Made by a program: the position numbers and the translations under genes
The notes under the pieces: generated by a model
What the model was told of the DNA's origin: nothing
The model's input: only the letters and a program-made list of their open reading frames with translations
Database searches by the model: none
Origin: Massilicoli timonensis
GTDB lineage: Bacteria; Bacillota_I; Bacilli_A; Erysipelotrichales; Erysipelotrichaceae
NCBI RefSeq assembly: GCF_900199515.1
Contig: NZ_LT963434.1
Coordinates: 663,272-695,271 of the forward strand
DNA length: 32,000 bases
Direction: 5' to 3'
Shown here: piece by piece, positions 1 to 8,975 of the stretch
Layout: the number at the start of each line of letters is the position of its first letter
Numbering within the stretch: position 1 is the first letter of the stretch

Positions 1-1
1 C

Positions 2-811
2 AAGATCGACCCGCGTTCGATCGGTGTCGGGCAGTACCAGCATGACTTGCCGGACGCGCGTTTGGAAGAACGTCTGGACTTTGTCGTTGATAAATGCGTC
101 AATCTGGTCGGTGTCAATGTCAATACTGCCGGGGAAACGCTGTTAAAGCATGTAGCGGGATTAAGCGGTGCCATGGCCAAGCAGATCGTCGCTTATCGGG
201 AGCAGCATGGTAAGATCAAAGAACGCGCCGAACTCGCCAAGGTAAAAGGCATCGGGCCAAAGGCATTTGAACAGGCAGCCGGTTTTTTGCGCATCGAAAA
301 CGGCAGGCATCCATTTGATCGCACAGCGATCCACCCGGAAAGCTATGCGCTTGCCAACACTTTGCTGCGTAAGCTGCACTTAGAAGCAGGCGACATCGGC
401 ACTGAACATGCCAAAGCCATACTGGAAACAGCCGATCCTGCGAAGCTTTGTGACGAACTGCACTGTGATCGCTATACCTTGCAGGATATCTTAGACGCTT
501 GTAAAGCACCGCTGCGAGATTACCGCGATCAAAACGACGGGCCGCTTTTACGCACCGATATCCTCACGATGGAGGACCTGCAGATCGGCGATGCCTTAGA
601 GGGCGTCGTACGCAATGTCGTGGACTTCGGCGCATTTGTCGATATCGGGCTGAAAGAAGACGGTTTGATCCATATTTCACAGCTCTCAGACAAGCGGATC
701 CAGCATCCAAGCGAAGTCGTATCCGTCGGTGATCTGTTAAAAGTATGGGTGTATCGCATTGACGAAGAAAAGCACAAGGTACAGCTGACCCTGCGCCAGC
801 GACCGAATTAA
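2..811 (+). CDS. tex: Tex-like transcription accessory protein, C-terminal part (HhH + S1 domains); 5' end lies upstream of the window
   Basis: The frame is open back to nt 2 (KIDPRSIGVGQYQHD precedes the listed TTG at 47). HhH-like segments are NVNTAGETLLKHVAGLS and LAKVKGIGPKAFEQAAGFLRI. A terminal S1 fold is GDALEGVVRNVVDFGAFVDIGLKEDGLIHISQLSD...KVQLTLR. The call rests on motif recall of the Tex/YhgF family. Confidence 0.85.
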   Translation, partial: KIDPRSIGVGQYQHDLPDARLEERLDFVVDKCVNLVGVNVNTAGETLLKHVAGLSGAMAKQIVAYREQHGKIKERAELAKVKGIGPKAFEQAAGFLRIENGRHPFDRTAIHPESYALANTLLRKLHLEAGDIGTEHAKAILETADPAKLCDELHCDRYTLQDILDACKAPLRDYRDQNDGPLLRTDILTMEDLQIGDALEGVVRNVVDFGAFVDIGLKEDGLIHISQLSDKRIQHPSEVVSVGDLLKVWVYRIDEEKHKVQLTLRQRPN

Positions 812-841
812 AAATGCCGTATTCGCTACGGCATTTTTTTA
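812..841. terminator. Bidirectional rho-independent terminator between tex (+) and the anti-sigma gene (-)
   Basis: Stem atgccgta (814-821) / tacggcat (827-834), loop ttcgc. It is flanked by an A-run upstream and T6 downstream, so it reads as hairpin plus U-tract on both strands. Confidence 0.7.
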
Positions 842-1315
842 CGATCCTGATGCACTGAGCAGCACTTCACCGCCATTTTCTAAACGAAGCAGCAGCCACT
901 TTGCATGTCCATCGACTTGATATAGCGCACCGTCTATTCCAAGCGATGTCTGTGCGTCTTTTTCGTATGATCCCGGCATTTCACTTGCCTGTCCGATGTA
1001 ATCGCCGATGACAAGCTGTGAGACATCTGCACCCGCCACCTGCACATATTCCTTTCCTTCATAGCGGATCCAACCCAACTGATCAGCGCCGCCTTTTTCA
1101 TACACCGGTGCTTCTTCTGCCGGTGGCGTTTGTTTTTCCTTGACCGCACTGAATGTTTCCTGCTTTTGTCCCTGTCCCTGCTGCCAGATGCCAAAACCGC
1201 CCAGCACCACTAAAAATGACAGTGCGGCGCCGATACAAAACTGTTTTTTTCTACGCTGCTCATGAGCATGGATCCGCCGCAGCGCACTGTTCGCCATTTC
1301 ATCATATGTCTTCAT
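839..1315 (-). CDS. Putative anti-sigma factor / single-pass membrane protein coupled to the ECF sigma gene
   Basis: It overlaps the stop of the upstream sigma gene by 14 nt. It has a short cytoplasmic N-terminus, one TM helix (FCIGAALSFLVVLGGFGIW) and an extracytoplasmic tail. The call is by position and topology only. Confidence 0.5.
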   Translation of the reverse strand: MKTYDEMANSALRRIHAHEQRRKKQFCIGAALSFLVVLGGFGIWQQGQGQKQETFSAVKEKQTPPAEEAPVYEKGGADQLGWIRYEGKEYVQVAGADVSQLVIGDYIGQASEMPGSYEKDAQTSLGIDGALYQVDGHAKWLLLRLENGGEVLLSASGS

Positions 1316-1859
1316 CTGAAAATCCCTCCTTTTCTAAAACTGCTCTTAGAGAAAGCCTTGCGCGATAAGCGATCGTTTCCACATTGTGCACACTTTTTTT
1401 CAAGATCTTCGCAATTTCCTTGTGTGAAAATCCTTCAAAATACAAGAGCCACAATACCTGCTGATAAATCGGTTTCAACTGATCCATCGCCTGATAAAGC
1501 AAGCGTTTGCGTGTTTCTTGCAGGTAGAGCCCTTCCGCTTCGTTTCGTTCATCGCCGATTTCCCTGTATCCCTCTAATGATTGTTCCCGGTGCTTTGCGT
1601 GCTTGCGAAGATAATCGATCGCAAGATTTCTCGCAATCGCATAAAGCCATGTTTTGAACGCCGCCTGCCCTTTGTATTTGGGCTTTTTGATGCCCAATTT
1701 CACAAATGTATCTTCCGTGAGCTCTTCCGCCGCATAAATATCGTGCACATAGCTGTTTATATAAAGCAGCAGTCCGTCTTTATACGCTTTTACGATTGCT
1801 ACGAACCCATCTTCATCACCGCTTAGAAAACGGGCATAGTTTTCTGCTCCATGGTCCAT
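1302..1859 (-). CDS. RNA polymerase sigma-70 family (ECF-type) sigma factor
   Basis: Region 2-like: YINSYVHDIYAAEELTEDTFVKL...AFKTWLYAIARNLAIDYLRK. Region 4 HTH: YQQVLWLLYFEGFSHKEIAKILKKSVHNVETIAYRARLSLR. The start is moved to the ATG at 1859 (MDHGAEN) because AAAGGAGTGAGCGC sits just upstream of it; the listed start at 1889 has no SD. Confidence 0.85.
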   Translation of the reverse strand: MDHGAENYARFLSGDEDGFVAIVKAYKDGLLLYINSYVHDIYAAEELTEDTFVKLGIKKPKYKGQAAFKTWLYAIARNLAIDYLRKHAKHREQSLEGYREIGDERNEAEGLYLQETRKRLLYQAMDQLKPIYQQVLWLLYFEGFSHKEIAKILKKSVHNVETIAYRARLSLRAVLEKEGFSDEDI

Positions 1860-1923
1860 GCGCTCACTCCTTTCCCTTTCACCTATCATACGTAATCAAA
1901 AGGATAAACCTCACAGTAAAATC

Positions 1924-1956
1924 AAAAAAAAGCAGAAAAGATCCGCTCTCTTCTGC
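1924..1956 (-). terminator. Rho-independent terminator of the GTPase-NYN gene
   Basis: Minus strand reads gcagaagaga-gcgga-tcttttctgc followed by T8. Confidence 0.65.
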
Positions 1957-2006
1957 CATTTGCGCTCCTGATCCTTTCTTTTGCGTGGATGATGCACTTG
2001 CATTGA

Positions 2007-4607
2007 TCACGAAGTATTTTGCTCATCCTCTTTTTCTGAGCGTCCCGCATCATGATCCTGCTTTCTCAATGCCGCCAATGGCTGTGCAAAATGATAGGTA
2101 TTTTGTTGCTGGTGGGCCTTTAATAAGAAGGCGCCGGTTTCTTCCACCTCTTTCAAGAACTCTCTTGCGGAAATTCGCTGTGCGCCCTGGCTCATGCTGA
2201 TCAACTGCACCGCACCATCGGAGGTTGCCACCCGTACCTGATAGTTGCTTGCCAGTTCATGGGTTGCCTGTTCGATATACTGATCGGCGCTTTGTGCATA
2301 TTTCGTATATGCCACATAAATATCGCCGTCTTTGTGCATCATCGGTTGTGATCGCTCCACCTGATAAGCGTCAAACACCAATATCAACAAGCCGCCGTGA
2401 TAGCCTTGATAATTCCCCATCATATCGATCAGCCGTTTTCTTGCCCCTTCCATATTGTCCTTTGCCATCTGCTGCAGCTGCGGCCATGAAAAGATCAAAT
2501 TATAGCCATCTACTAGCAAACATCGCTCACTTGGCTGTTTGGCAGTCGTTTCCTTGTTCATTTTTTCGGTTTTGTGGAAAGCCTTTTTATTCTCTTTCGC
2601 CTTGGTGCGATAAGTTCTTTGAAAGATCGCTTCCAGTTCTTCTTCTCCATACGTCCGCTTGCTTGTTTCATGGGTGATCGGCGATAACACCGCTTCCTTT
2701 TTTTGATATTGATAAGGCAAGTGCATATAATGCTCCACTTCATCCCATGGCACATAAAAACCGGCGCCGTGCTTGCAGAAAATAGAACCGCAGGGAAATG
2801 CGCTGTCTTTTTGTGGATCATAACCGATCTGCGTGATCAAGGCTTCTGCGTTTTCACAAGGCGCAAAACAGGCAAACGAACAGAACAGTTTTCCTTTTCC
2901 TTTGCTGTAAGCATGCAGTTTCCCCTGATAGCCATGCAGCTTGGCAACCGGCGCACGACCGCTTAAAACAGCACTTTCTCCATTATCGCTTACAAGGGCA
3001 AATGTTCCCTGCATCGCTTCCACATCATAGATTGCTTTGGCGACAAGCGCGCTGGGCACTTCCATTTCATAGGCATAATATGGTTCCAAAAGCACACTTT
3101 CCACCTTCATGAGCGCCTGACGAAGCGCCCGATTGCACGCCTCTTTGAAATCATTGCTCTCCATATGCTTCAAATGCGCTTTTCCACTTAACAGCGTGAT
3201 GCGTACATCGGTCAGCGGCATCCCACAAAGCACGCCCGGGAACTGCGTTGTTTCCAAATGATCGAGAATGAGCCTCTGCCAGTTTTTCGCCAATTCATCA
3301 TAAGGACAGACAGAGCGTACTTCTACACCGCTTCCCTGTGGCAATGGTTCTAGCAGCAGATGCACTTCCGCATAGTGCCGCAGCGGTTCAAAATGGCCGA
3401 CACCTTCTGCCGCCGTCCGGATCGTTTCCATGTATGCCACCTTATCCGCTCTTAATGCCACCGACACACCATATCGCGCTTCGATCAGCTGCCTTATTAC
3501 TTCAATTTGAATTTCTCCCATCAGACGGATGAACAAAGTACCGTCTTTCAAAGTTACGTGAAGCTGTGGATCTTCTTTTGCCAACTCTTTCAATTGACGA
3601 TGCAGCTGAAACAAATCCACCTGCTGCAGCGGTTCCACCACATAATTAAGATAAGCGGCAAGCATCGGTTTTTCTGTTTTTTCATACCCTAACGCTGCCC
3701 CGGCATAAAGATGTCGTACCCCTTTCAAGGTAATGATCTCTCCCGCTTTTGCCTCCTGCACGATCTGAAAATCATTTCCCTGATAACGCCGCAGCTGATC
3801 GATCTTTTCTTTGTTTCCCAATACTTGCTTTGCCCGCAGGATCCCGCCGGTTATTTTTACATGTGCCAAGATGCTGCCCTGTTCATCATGAGTGATCTGA
3901 TATACTTTTGCCCCGAATGTATCCGGATAGGTTTTCTGTATCGTAAAACGATCCAGTGCATCTAAAAAGGCGACGACACCTTGCTGTTTCAAGGCTGCCC
4001 CGAAAAAACAAGGAAACAGCTTTCTTTCCATGATCGCCTTTTGTAAAGATGCATCGCTGATATGCAGCGTTTGCGCATATTCTTCCAGCAGCGCTTCTTC
4101 ACAAAGCGCGGCCTGTTCATAAAAAGCATCATCCATATCCGTAAAATCTACACAGGCATCACCCAGCTTCGTTTTGATTTCCTGAAGCAGCTGTGCTTTG
4201 GAAGCATAAGTAATATCCATTTTATTGATAAACAGGAAAGTCGGCACCTGATAATGCTTCAATAGCTTCCAGATCGTTTCCGTATGCGCCTGTACGCCGT
4301 CTAAAGCACTGATGATCACGACCGCATAATCCAATACGCCTAATGTCCGTTCCATCTCTGCTGAAAAATCCACATGACCCGGTGTATCCAATAACTGGAT
4401 GAGCGTATCCTTCCACTTTAACCGCGCCTGTTTGGCAAAAATGGTGATGCCGCGCTTTCGCTCCTGCTGATCATAATCAAAAAAGGTGCTGCCATGATCG
4501 ACCCTGCCCCATTTTCTGATCGTTTTGCTTTGGTAAAGCAGACTTTCCGATAAAGTGGTTTTTCCTGCATCTACATGCGCAAGCATGCCGACTACCGTAT
4601 ATTTCAT
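2007..4607 (-). CDS. Translation-factor GTPase (TetM/EF-G-like) fused to a C-terminal NYN/YacP (Rae1-like) ribonuclease domain
   Basis: G1 AHVDAGKT, G3 DTPGH and G4 NKMD, with EF-G/TetM-like domains II-V (GEIQIEVIRQLIEARYGV, LLEPYYAYEMEVP, GYQGKLHAYSKGKG). A Lys-rich linker follows, then CLLVDGYNLIFSWPQL...LILVFDAY...VRVATSDGAVQ, which closely resembles B. subtilis YacP/Rae1. The start is preferred at ATG 4607 (GAAGGTG, then 6 nt); the listed GTG at 4616 is an alternative. Confidence 0.8.
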   Translation of the reverse strand: MKYTVVGMLAHVDAGKTTLSESLLYQSKTIRKWGRVDHGSTFFDYDQQERKRGITIFAKQARLKWKDTLIQLLDTPGHVDFSAEMERTLGVLDYAVVIISALDGVQAHTETIWKLLKHYQVPTFLFINKMDITYASKAQLLQEIKTKLGDACVDFTDMDDAFYEQAALCEEALLEEYAQTLHISDASLQKAIMERKLFPCFFGAALKQQGVVAFLDALDRFTIQKTYPDTFGAKVYQITHDEQGSILAHVKITGGILRAKQVLGNKEKIDQLRRYQGNDFQIVQEAKAGEIITLKGVRHLYAGAALGYEKTEKPMLAAYLNYVVEPLQQVDLFQLHRQLKELAKEDPQLHVTLKDGTLFIRLMGEIQIEVIRQLIEARYGVSVALRADKVAYMETIRTAAEGVGHFEPLRHYAEVHLLLEPLPQGSGVEVRSVCPYDELAKNWQRLILDHLETTQFPGVLCGMPLTDVRITLLSGKAHLKHMESNDFKEACNRALRQALMKVESVLLEPYYAYEMEVPSALVAKAIYDVEAMQGTFALVSDNGESAVLSGRAPVAKLHGYQGKLHAYSKGKGKLFCSFACFAPCENAEALITQIGYDPQKDSAFPCGSIFCKHGAGFYVPWDEVEHYMHLPYQYQKKEAVLSPITHETSKRTYGEEELEAIFQRTYRTKAKENKKAFHKTEKMNKETTAKQPSERCLLVDGYNLIFSWPQLQQMAKDNMEGARKRLIDMMGNYQGYHGGLLILVFDAYQVERSQPMMHKDGDIYVAYTKYAQSADQYIEQATHELASNYQVRVATSDGAVQLISMSQGAQRISAREFLKEVEETGAFLLKAHQQQNTYHFAQPLAALRKQDHDAGRSEKEDEQNTS

Positions 4608-4774
4608 CAAGCGCACCTTCTTTCTATTTCTTAATAGTAAAAAATATCATGACAAAAATCAAGCACTTCTTGCTTGCCCGCTTTGATCACTATCTTTTTC
4701 TATACAAATCATGATATCCACATAACATTGCTTATAACAAGGGTATTTCCTTTAACGCCGCAAAAAGCTTCTGC

Positions 4775-4836
4775 ATAAAAAACCTCTAAAGCAAAGAGCA
4801 TTTCCGCCTAACTCTGCTTTAGAGGCATTATTTTTT
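4775..4836 (-). terminator. Rho-independent terminator downstream of pflB
   Basis: Arms cctctaaagca / tgctttagagg. On the minus strand they are followed by ttttttatg. A T-run also follows on the plus strand, so it may act bidirectionally. Confidence 0.6.
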
Positions 4837-4920
4837 GAAAGATATATTGCTTTTTAGCGAAGCATGGCGTCCTTCCTTTTTATCTGCAAGGAAGGAACGT
4901 GAATAACGCCGCTCACGTTT

Positions 4921-7149
4921 CTAAAAATGTTCGTGCATCGTACGCTTGATCACTTCATCCTGCTGCTCTTTGGTTAATTTATTGAAGTTAACCGCATAGC
5001 CGGAAACCCGGATCGTCAGCTGCGGATATTTTTCCGGATGTGCCTGTGCGTCAAGCAGCAGCGCACGATCAAACACATTGACATTCAAATGATGTCCGTT
5101 CGCTTTGACATAACCATCTAATAATGTGATCAGGTTAGCCTCACGGCTCGCATCGTCTTTTCCCAGCGCCGCCGGTACGATCGAGAAAGTATTGGAAATT
5201 CCATCGCGCGCATAGTCATACGGCAATTTCGCAACTGATTCCAGCGATGCCAACGCCCCGTTGCAGTCTCGTCCATGCATTGGATTGGCCCCCGGCGCAA
5301 AAGCTTCTCCGGCCGCTCTGCCATCCGGTGTCGCACCGGTCTTTTTGCCATATACCACATTGCTGGTGATCGTCAAAATACTCATAGAATGCACACCTTC
5401 ACGATAAGTATGGTGCTTTTTGATCTTCATCATAAAACGCTTGACGATATCCTTGGCAATCGCATCTACCCGATCATCGTTATTGCCGTATTTCGGGAAA
5501 TCGCCTTCACGGATAAAATCGACCGCGATGCCATCTTCATCACGCACGACCTTTACCTTGGCATATTTAATTGCAGATAAAGAGTCCGCAACGACGGATA
5601 ATCCCGCTACACCGGTCGCAAAGAAACGGCGAACATCCTGATCATGAAGCGCCATCTCCGCTGCTTCATAGCTGTATTTATCATGCATATAGTGAATGAC
5701 ATTCAATGTATTGACATATAAGCCGGCAAGCCATTCCAACATCTGATCATATTTTTTCATGACTTCCTCATAATCGAGATAATCAGATGTGATCGGTTCA
5801 AAACGCGGTGATACCTGTTCTTTTTTCTTTTCATCCATACCGCCGTTGATCGCATACAGCAGTGCTTTCGCCAAATTGGCGCGCGCGCCGAAAAACTGCA
5901 TGTCTTTTCCGATCCGCATGCAGGATACACAACATGCGATACCATAATCATCACCCATATCGATACGCATCAGATCATCATTTTCATACTGAATGGCGCT
6001 GGTTTTGATCGACATTTTCGCACAGTAGCGCTTGAAGCCTTCCGGCAGATCTTTCGACCAAAGCACGGTCAGATTCGGTTCCGGTGCGGGCCCTAAATTG
6101 GTAAGCGTATGTAAAATACGGAATGAGTTTTTGGTTACCAGTGTTCTGCCATCTGTTCCCATACCGCCGATCGATTCCGTTACCCAGTTTGGATCGCCTG
6201 AAAACAGTTCATTGTATTCCGGCGTACGCATAAAACGGATCAAACGCAGCTTCATGACAAACTGATCCATCAGTTCCTGCGCGCCCTTTTCATCCAGCAC
6301 GCCCTGTTCCAGATCACGCTGAATATAAATATCCAAGAAAGTGGATACACGGCCCAAGGACATCGCCGCCCCGTTTTGATCTTTCACCGCTGCCAGATAG
6401 CCGAAATAAACTGCCTGGATCGCCTCCTGCGCCGTCTGTGCCGGTTTGGCAATATCACAGCCGTAGATCTCCGCCATCTTCTTCATATCGTTCAAAGCTC
6501 TCAGCTGTTCGGCAATCTCTTCCCGACTGCGGATCTTCGCATCGGTCATCGTACCATCTAAAGCAGCCAGCGCTTCTTGCTTGTCTATGATCAGCCGATC
6601 GATTCCATATAATGCAACGCGGCGATAATCGCCAATGATACGGCCGCGCCCATACGCATCCGGCAGACCGGTAATGATCGCACAGTGTCTAGCCTTGCGC
6701 ATTTCCGGTGTATAAGCGTCAAAGACACCTTGGTTATGTGTTTTACGATATTTTGTAAAGATCTCTTTGATCTCTTTGTCGATCTCATAGCCATATGCCT
6801 TTAAGGCGCTTTCGCTCATCTTAATGCCGCCAAATGGCTGCAAGGCGCGTTTCAAAGGCGCATCGGTTTGAAAACCGACGATCTTTTCCAGCTTTTGATC
6901 CAAATAGCCGGCCTGATGCGATGTCAAAGTAGATACGACAGCGGTATCCGCATCCAGCACACCGCCTTTTTCCTGTTCTTTCTGACAAAGCGCCAGCGCC
7001 TCTTTCCAAAGTCGGTCGGTCGCTTCGCTTACTTCTGCCAAAAAACTGTCGTCGCCTTCATACGGTGTATAGTTGCACTGAATAAAATCGCGTACATCAA
7101 TTTCTTCACACCATTTTCCTGTTTGAAAACCGTTCCATTCTTTCACCAT
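4921..7149 (-). CDS. pflB: Pyruvate formate-lyase (formate C-acetyltransferase), glycyl-radical enzyme
   Basis: 742 aa. It carries the glycyl-radical motif [11 protein letters not shown] near the C-terminus and the active-site IACCVSCM. Overall length and sequence are typical of PflB. Confidence 0.95.
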   Translation of the reverse strand: MVKEWNGFQTGKWCEEIDVRDFIQCNYTPYEGDDSFLAEVSEATDRLWKEALALCQKEQEKGGVLDADTAVVSTLTSHQAGYLDQKLEKIVGFQTDAPLKRALQPFGGIKMSESALKAYGYEIDKEIKEIFTKYRKTHNQGVFDAYTPEMRKARHCAIITGLPDAYGRGRIIGDYRRVALYGIDRLIIDKQEALAALDGTMTDAKIRSREEIAEQLRALNDMKKMAEIYGCDIAKPAQTAQEAIQAVYFGYLAAVKDQNGAAMSLGRVSTFLDIYIQRDLEQGVLDEKGAQELMDQFVMKLRLIRFMRTPEYNELFSGDPNWVTESIGGMGTDGRTLVTKNSFRILHTLTNLGPAPEPNLTVLWSKDLPEGFKRYCAKMSIKTSAIQYENDDLMRIDMGDDYGIACCVSCMRIGKDMQFFGARANLAKALLYAINGGMDEKKKEQVSPRFEPITSDYLDYEEVMKKYDQMLEWLAGLYVNTLNVIHYMHDKYSYEAAEMALHDQDVRRFFATGVAGLSVVADSLSAIKYAKVKVVRDEDGIAVDFIREGDFPKYGNNDDRVDAIAKDIVKRFMMKIKKHHTYREGVHSMSILTITSNVVYGKKTGATPDGRAAGEAFAPGANPMHGRDCNGALASLESVAKLPYDYARDGISNTFSIVPAALGKDDASREANLITLLDGYVKANGHHLNVNVFDRALLLDAQAHPEKYPQLTIRVSGYAVNFNKLTKEQQDEVIKRTMHEHF

Positions 7150-7171
7150 ATACCTGTCCTCTCTTTCTGTC

Positions 7172-7282
7172 TATAAAGAAAGACCGCACTGCCGGACTTC
7201 CTTCACGCCCAGACGGTCGGCCTTTGATTCTGTCATACTCCCATGTGGTTATTCCACTGTTCCGTCAGTCATATGACCTCAT
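7172..7282 (-). promoter_or_regulatory. ZTP (pfl-motif) riboswitch with intrinsic-terminator expression platform in the pflB leader
   Basis: The minus strand reads GTCATA-UGACUGACGGAACA-GUGG-AAUAA-CCAC-AUGGGAG-UAUGAC, a linker, then GGCCGACCGUCUGGGC-gugaaggaa-GUCCGG. This matches my recollection of the pfl-motif core (UGACUGGCG, GUGG/CCAC P2, GGGAG, CCGCCUGGGC). The GGCG-to-GACG change is compensated by CGCC-to-CGUC in the pseudoknot partner. Downstream, GCGGUC can pair with GACCGU and is followed by UUUCUUU, giving a competing terminator. Confidence 0.75.
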
Positions 7283-7288
7283 GCTTCA

Positions 7289-7317
7289 AGTATACACATT
7301 CTCATCTGATCCGTCAA
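7289..7317 (-). promoter_or_regulatory. Putative sigma-A promoter of the riboswitch-pflB transcript
   Basis: Minus strand: TTGACG, 17 nt, TATACT. It lies just upstream of the riboswitch P1 stem. Confidence 0.5.
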
Positions 7318-7543
7318 ATGATATGATAAAGAAATATGTCTTTTTTTGTCCTTATAAAACGGTTGCAACACACAAATGCCGGATCCTCCCTTGTTAGAAT
7401 GTGCCATTCGATACAGATGATACGAAAAATATCGTTTAGATTTCCTATTTATGATTGTTCTGCAGCTTTTTATGCCTTGGCAGTGCCCAGATCAAATCAT
7501 CTGCACTATCGCGATCATTTGATCCTATTTAACGAACATGCCA

Positions 7544-8959
7544 TTACAGATTGATGCCGCGTAGACGCTGATACAGCGTTTTTGCATAATGATCTGTCAT
7601 ACCGCCGATAAAATCAGCAGCCATCAACAGACGATGATACACTTTTTCCTCATCAGGCAAATCTTTCGTAACGATAAAATAATGATCCATATAATTATGC
7701 GAAAGCAGTGAAACATATTTTTCTTCCATTTCACTCATCGTTTCTGTTTCGCTGTCAAAAGGAAGCAGCGCATTTACAAAACAGTCCATCAGATAAGAGA
7801 TGATCTCATTGCCCATGAGCTCTAATTGAATGATCGAGCTGGTATTGTAGATCTTTTGAAAGGCGAATGTCTTTAAGTTCAAGATCAGTTTCGCATGTGC
7901 ACATACCGCGATGAGCTCTTTTTCAAAGCGCCCCTCCATGATTGCATCATAATGTGTCACAAAGGCATCGGTAATAGCAGAGATGCAATACAGCTGCTTT
8001 AATGTCAGCCAACTGAATACAGCCTGCTTATTGCCATCATGTGGATAATAGGAAGCCACATGAGAGGAAGTCGTCTGCTTCAGCTTTTCTTCCAGCTTTG
8101 CCAAGCCTTTTTCATCATCACTTGCTAGGAGGACAGCTTTCAGATCATCGGTCGTAAATAAGCCTTTATTATAGCCATCTTCTAAATCAGAGAAGGTATA
8201 GGCGAGATCATCAGCGGCTTCCAATATATAGGTCAAAGGGTTACGGGCGTGCAGAGTGCCGGTATTGTTTTTTATTTCCTGAAAGACAGTTGCTTCACTC
8301 GCGTAATAGCCGATCTTTTTCTTCAGCAAGCTGCGCTGCGCTTTCGGTTTTTCCTGTTCTTTCCTTGCTTCTAAAGAATTGCACGGGTATTTTATGATGG
8401 TGTCCAACACGCCTGAAGTAAGATGCATGCCGTTTTTCCCATGTAAATGATGCAGACCGTTTACAATACGCAGGGACTGGGCGTTGCCTTCATAATTCAT
8501 CAGATCGCAGCGTTCCTGCTCCTTTAACAGCGCATGCAGCGTTTTGCCGTGATAGGTCAATTCATCAAGATGCTGCTTAAACCAGTTGCGGATCGCCGTT
8601 TCTCCAAAATGGCCGAACGGCGGATTGCCCAGATCATGGATCAGTGATGCGCTTGCCAATGTTTCAATGATCTCATGGCTATATGGCTGCATCGCTTTTA
8701 TCTTGGCACACACTTGTCTGCCGATCAGTTTGGCGATAGCGGAAACCTCCATGGAGTGGGTCAAACGAGTCCTGACAAAATCACTTTGATCAAGTGGAAA
8801 TACTTGGGTCTTATCTTGTAAACGCCGAAAAGAAGCGCTGTTGATGATGCGGTAATAATCGCTTTCCACTTCACTGCGCAGAAGGGAAAGATCGTTTTTG
8901 GGCTGATTAGGGGGAATGCGTTTGCTTGATACAAGCTGTTCCCATTGAAATTGTTTCAT
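7544..8959 (-). CDS. dgt: dGTP triphosphohydrolase-like HD-domain protein
   Basis: YYRIINSASFRRLQDKTQVFPL, RLTHSMEVSAIAKLIG, LIHDLGNPPFGHFGE and AADDLAYTFSDLEDG are typical of the Dgt family. The start is moved to the ATG at 8959 (MKQFQW), preceded by GAGGTG and 6 nt. Confidence 0.9.
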   Translation of the reverse strand: MKQFQWEQLVSSKRIPPNQPKNDLSLLRSEVESDYYRIINSASFRRLQDKTQVFPLDQSDFVRTRLTHSMEVSAIAKLIGRQVCAKIKAMQPYSHEIIETLASASLIHDLGNPPFGHFGETAIRNWFKQHLDELTYHGKTLHALLKEQERCDLMNYEGNAQSLRIVNGLHHLHGKNGMHLTSGVLDTIIKYPCNSLEARKEQEKPKAQRSLLKKKIGYYASEATVFQEIKNNTGTLHARNPLTYILEAADDLAYTFSDLEDGYNKGLFTTDDLKAVLLASDDEKGLAKLEEKLKQTTSSHVASYYPHDGNKQAVFSWLTLKQLYCISAITDAFVTHYDAIMEGRFEKELIAVCAHAKLILNLKTFAFQKIYNTSSIIQLELMGNEIISYLMDCFVNALLPFDSETETMSEMEEKYVSLLSHNYMDHYFIVTKDLPDEEKVYHRLLMAADFIGGMTDHYAKTLYQRLRGINL

Positions 8960-8975
8960 ATGATACACCTCATTT

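Noticed and set aside
2007-4607. The GTPase as a tetracycline-resistance ribosomal protection protein (TetM/TetO)
   Set aside because: The similarity is at the level of the translational GTPase superfamily only. The extra domains, the NYN fusion and the core-genome context argue against a classic mobile tet determinant. No resistance claim can be made from the sequence.
7544-8959. The dGTPase as a nucleotide-depletion anti-phage defence gene
   Set aside because: dGTPase homologues can act in defence. This copy, however, sits in the higher-GC core part, is apparently co-transcribed with a MATE transporter, and has no island hallmarks. A housekeeping Dgt-like role is the simpler reading, and the sequence alone cannot separate the two.
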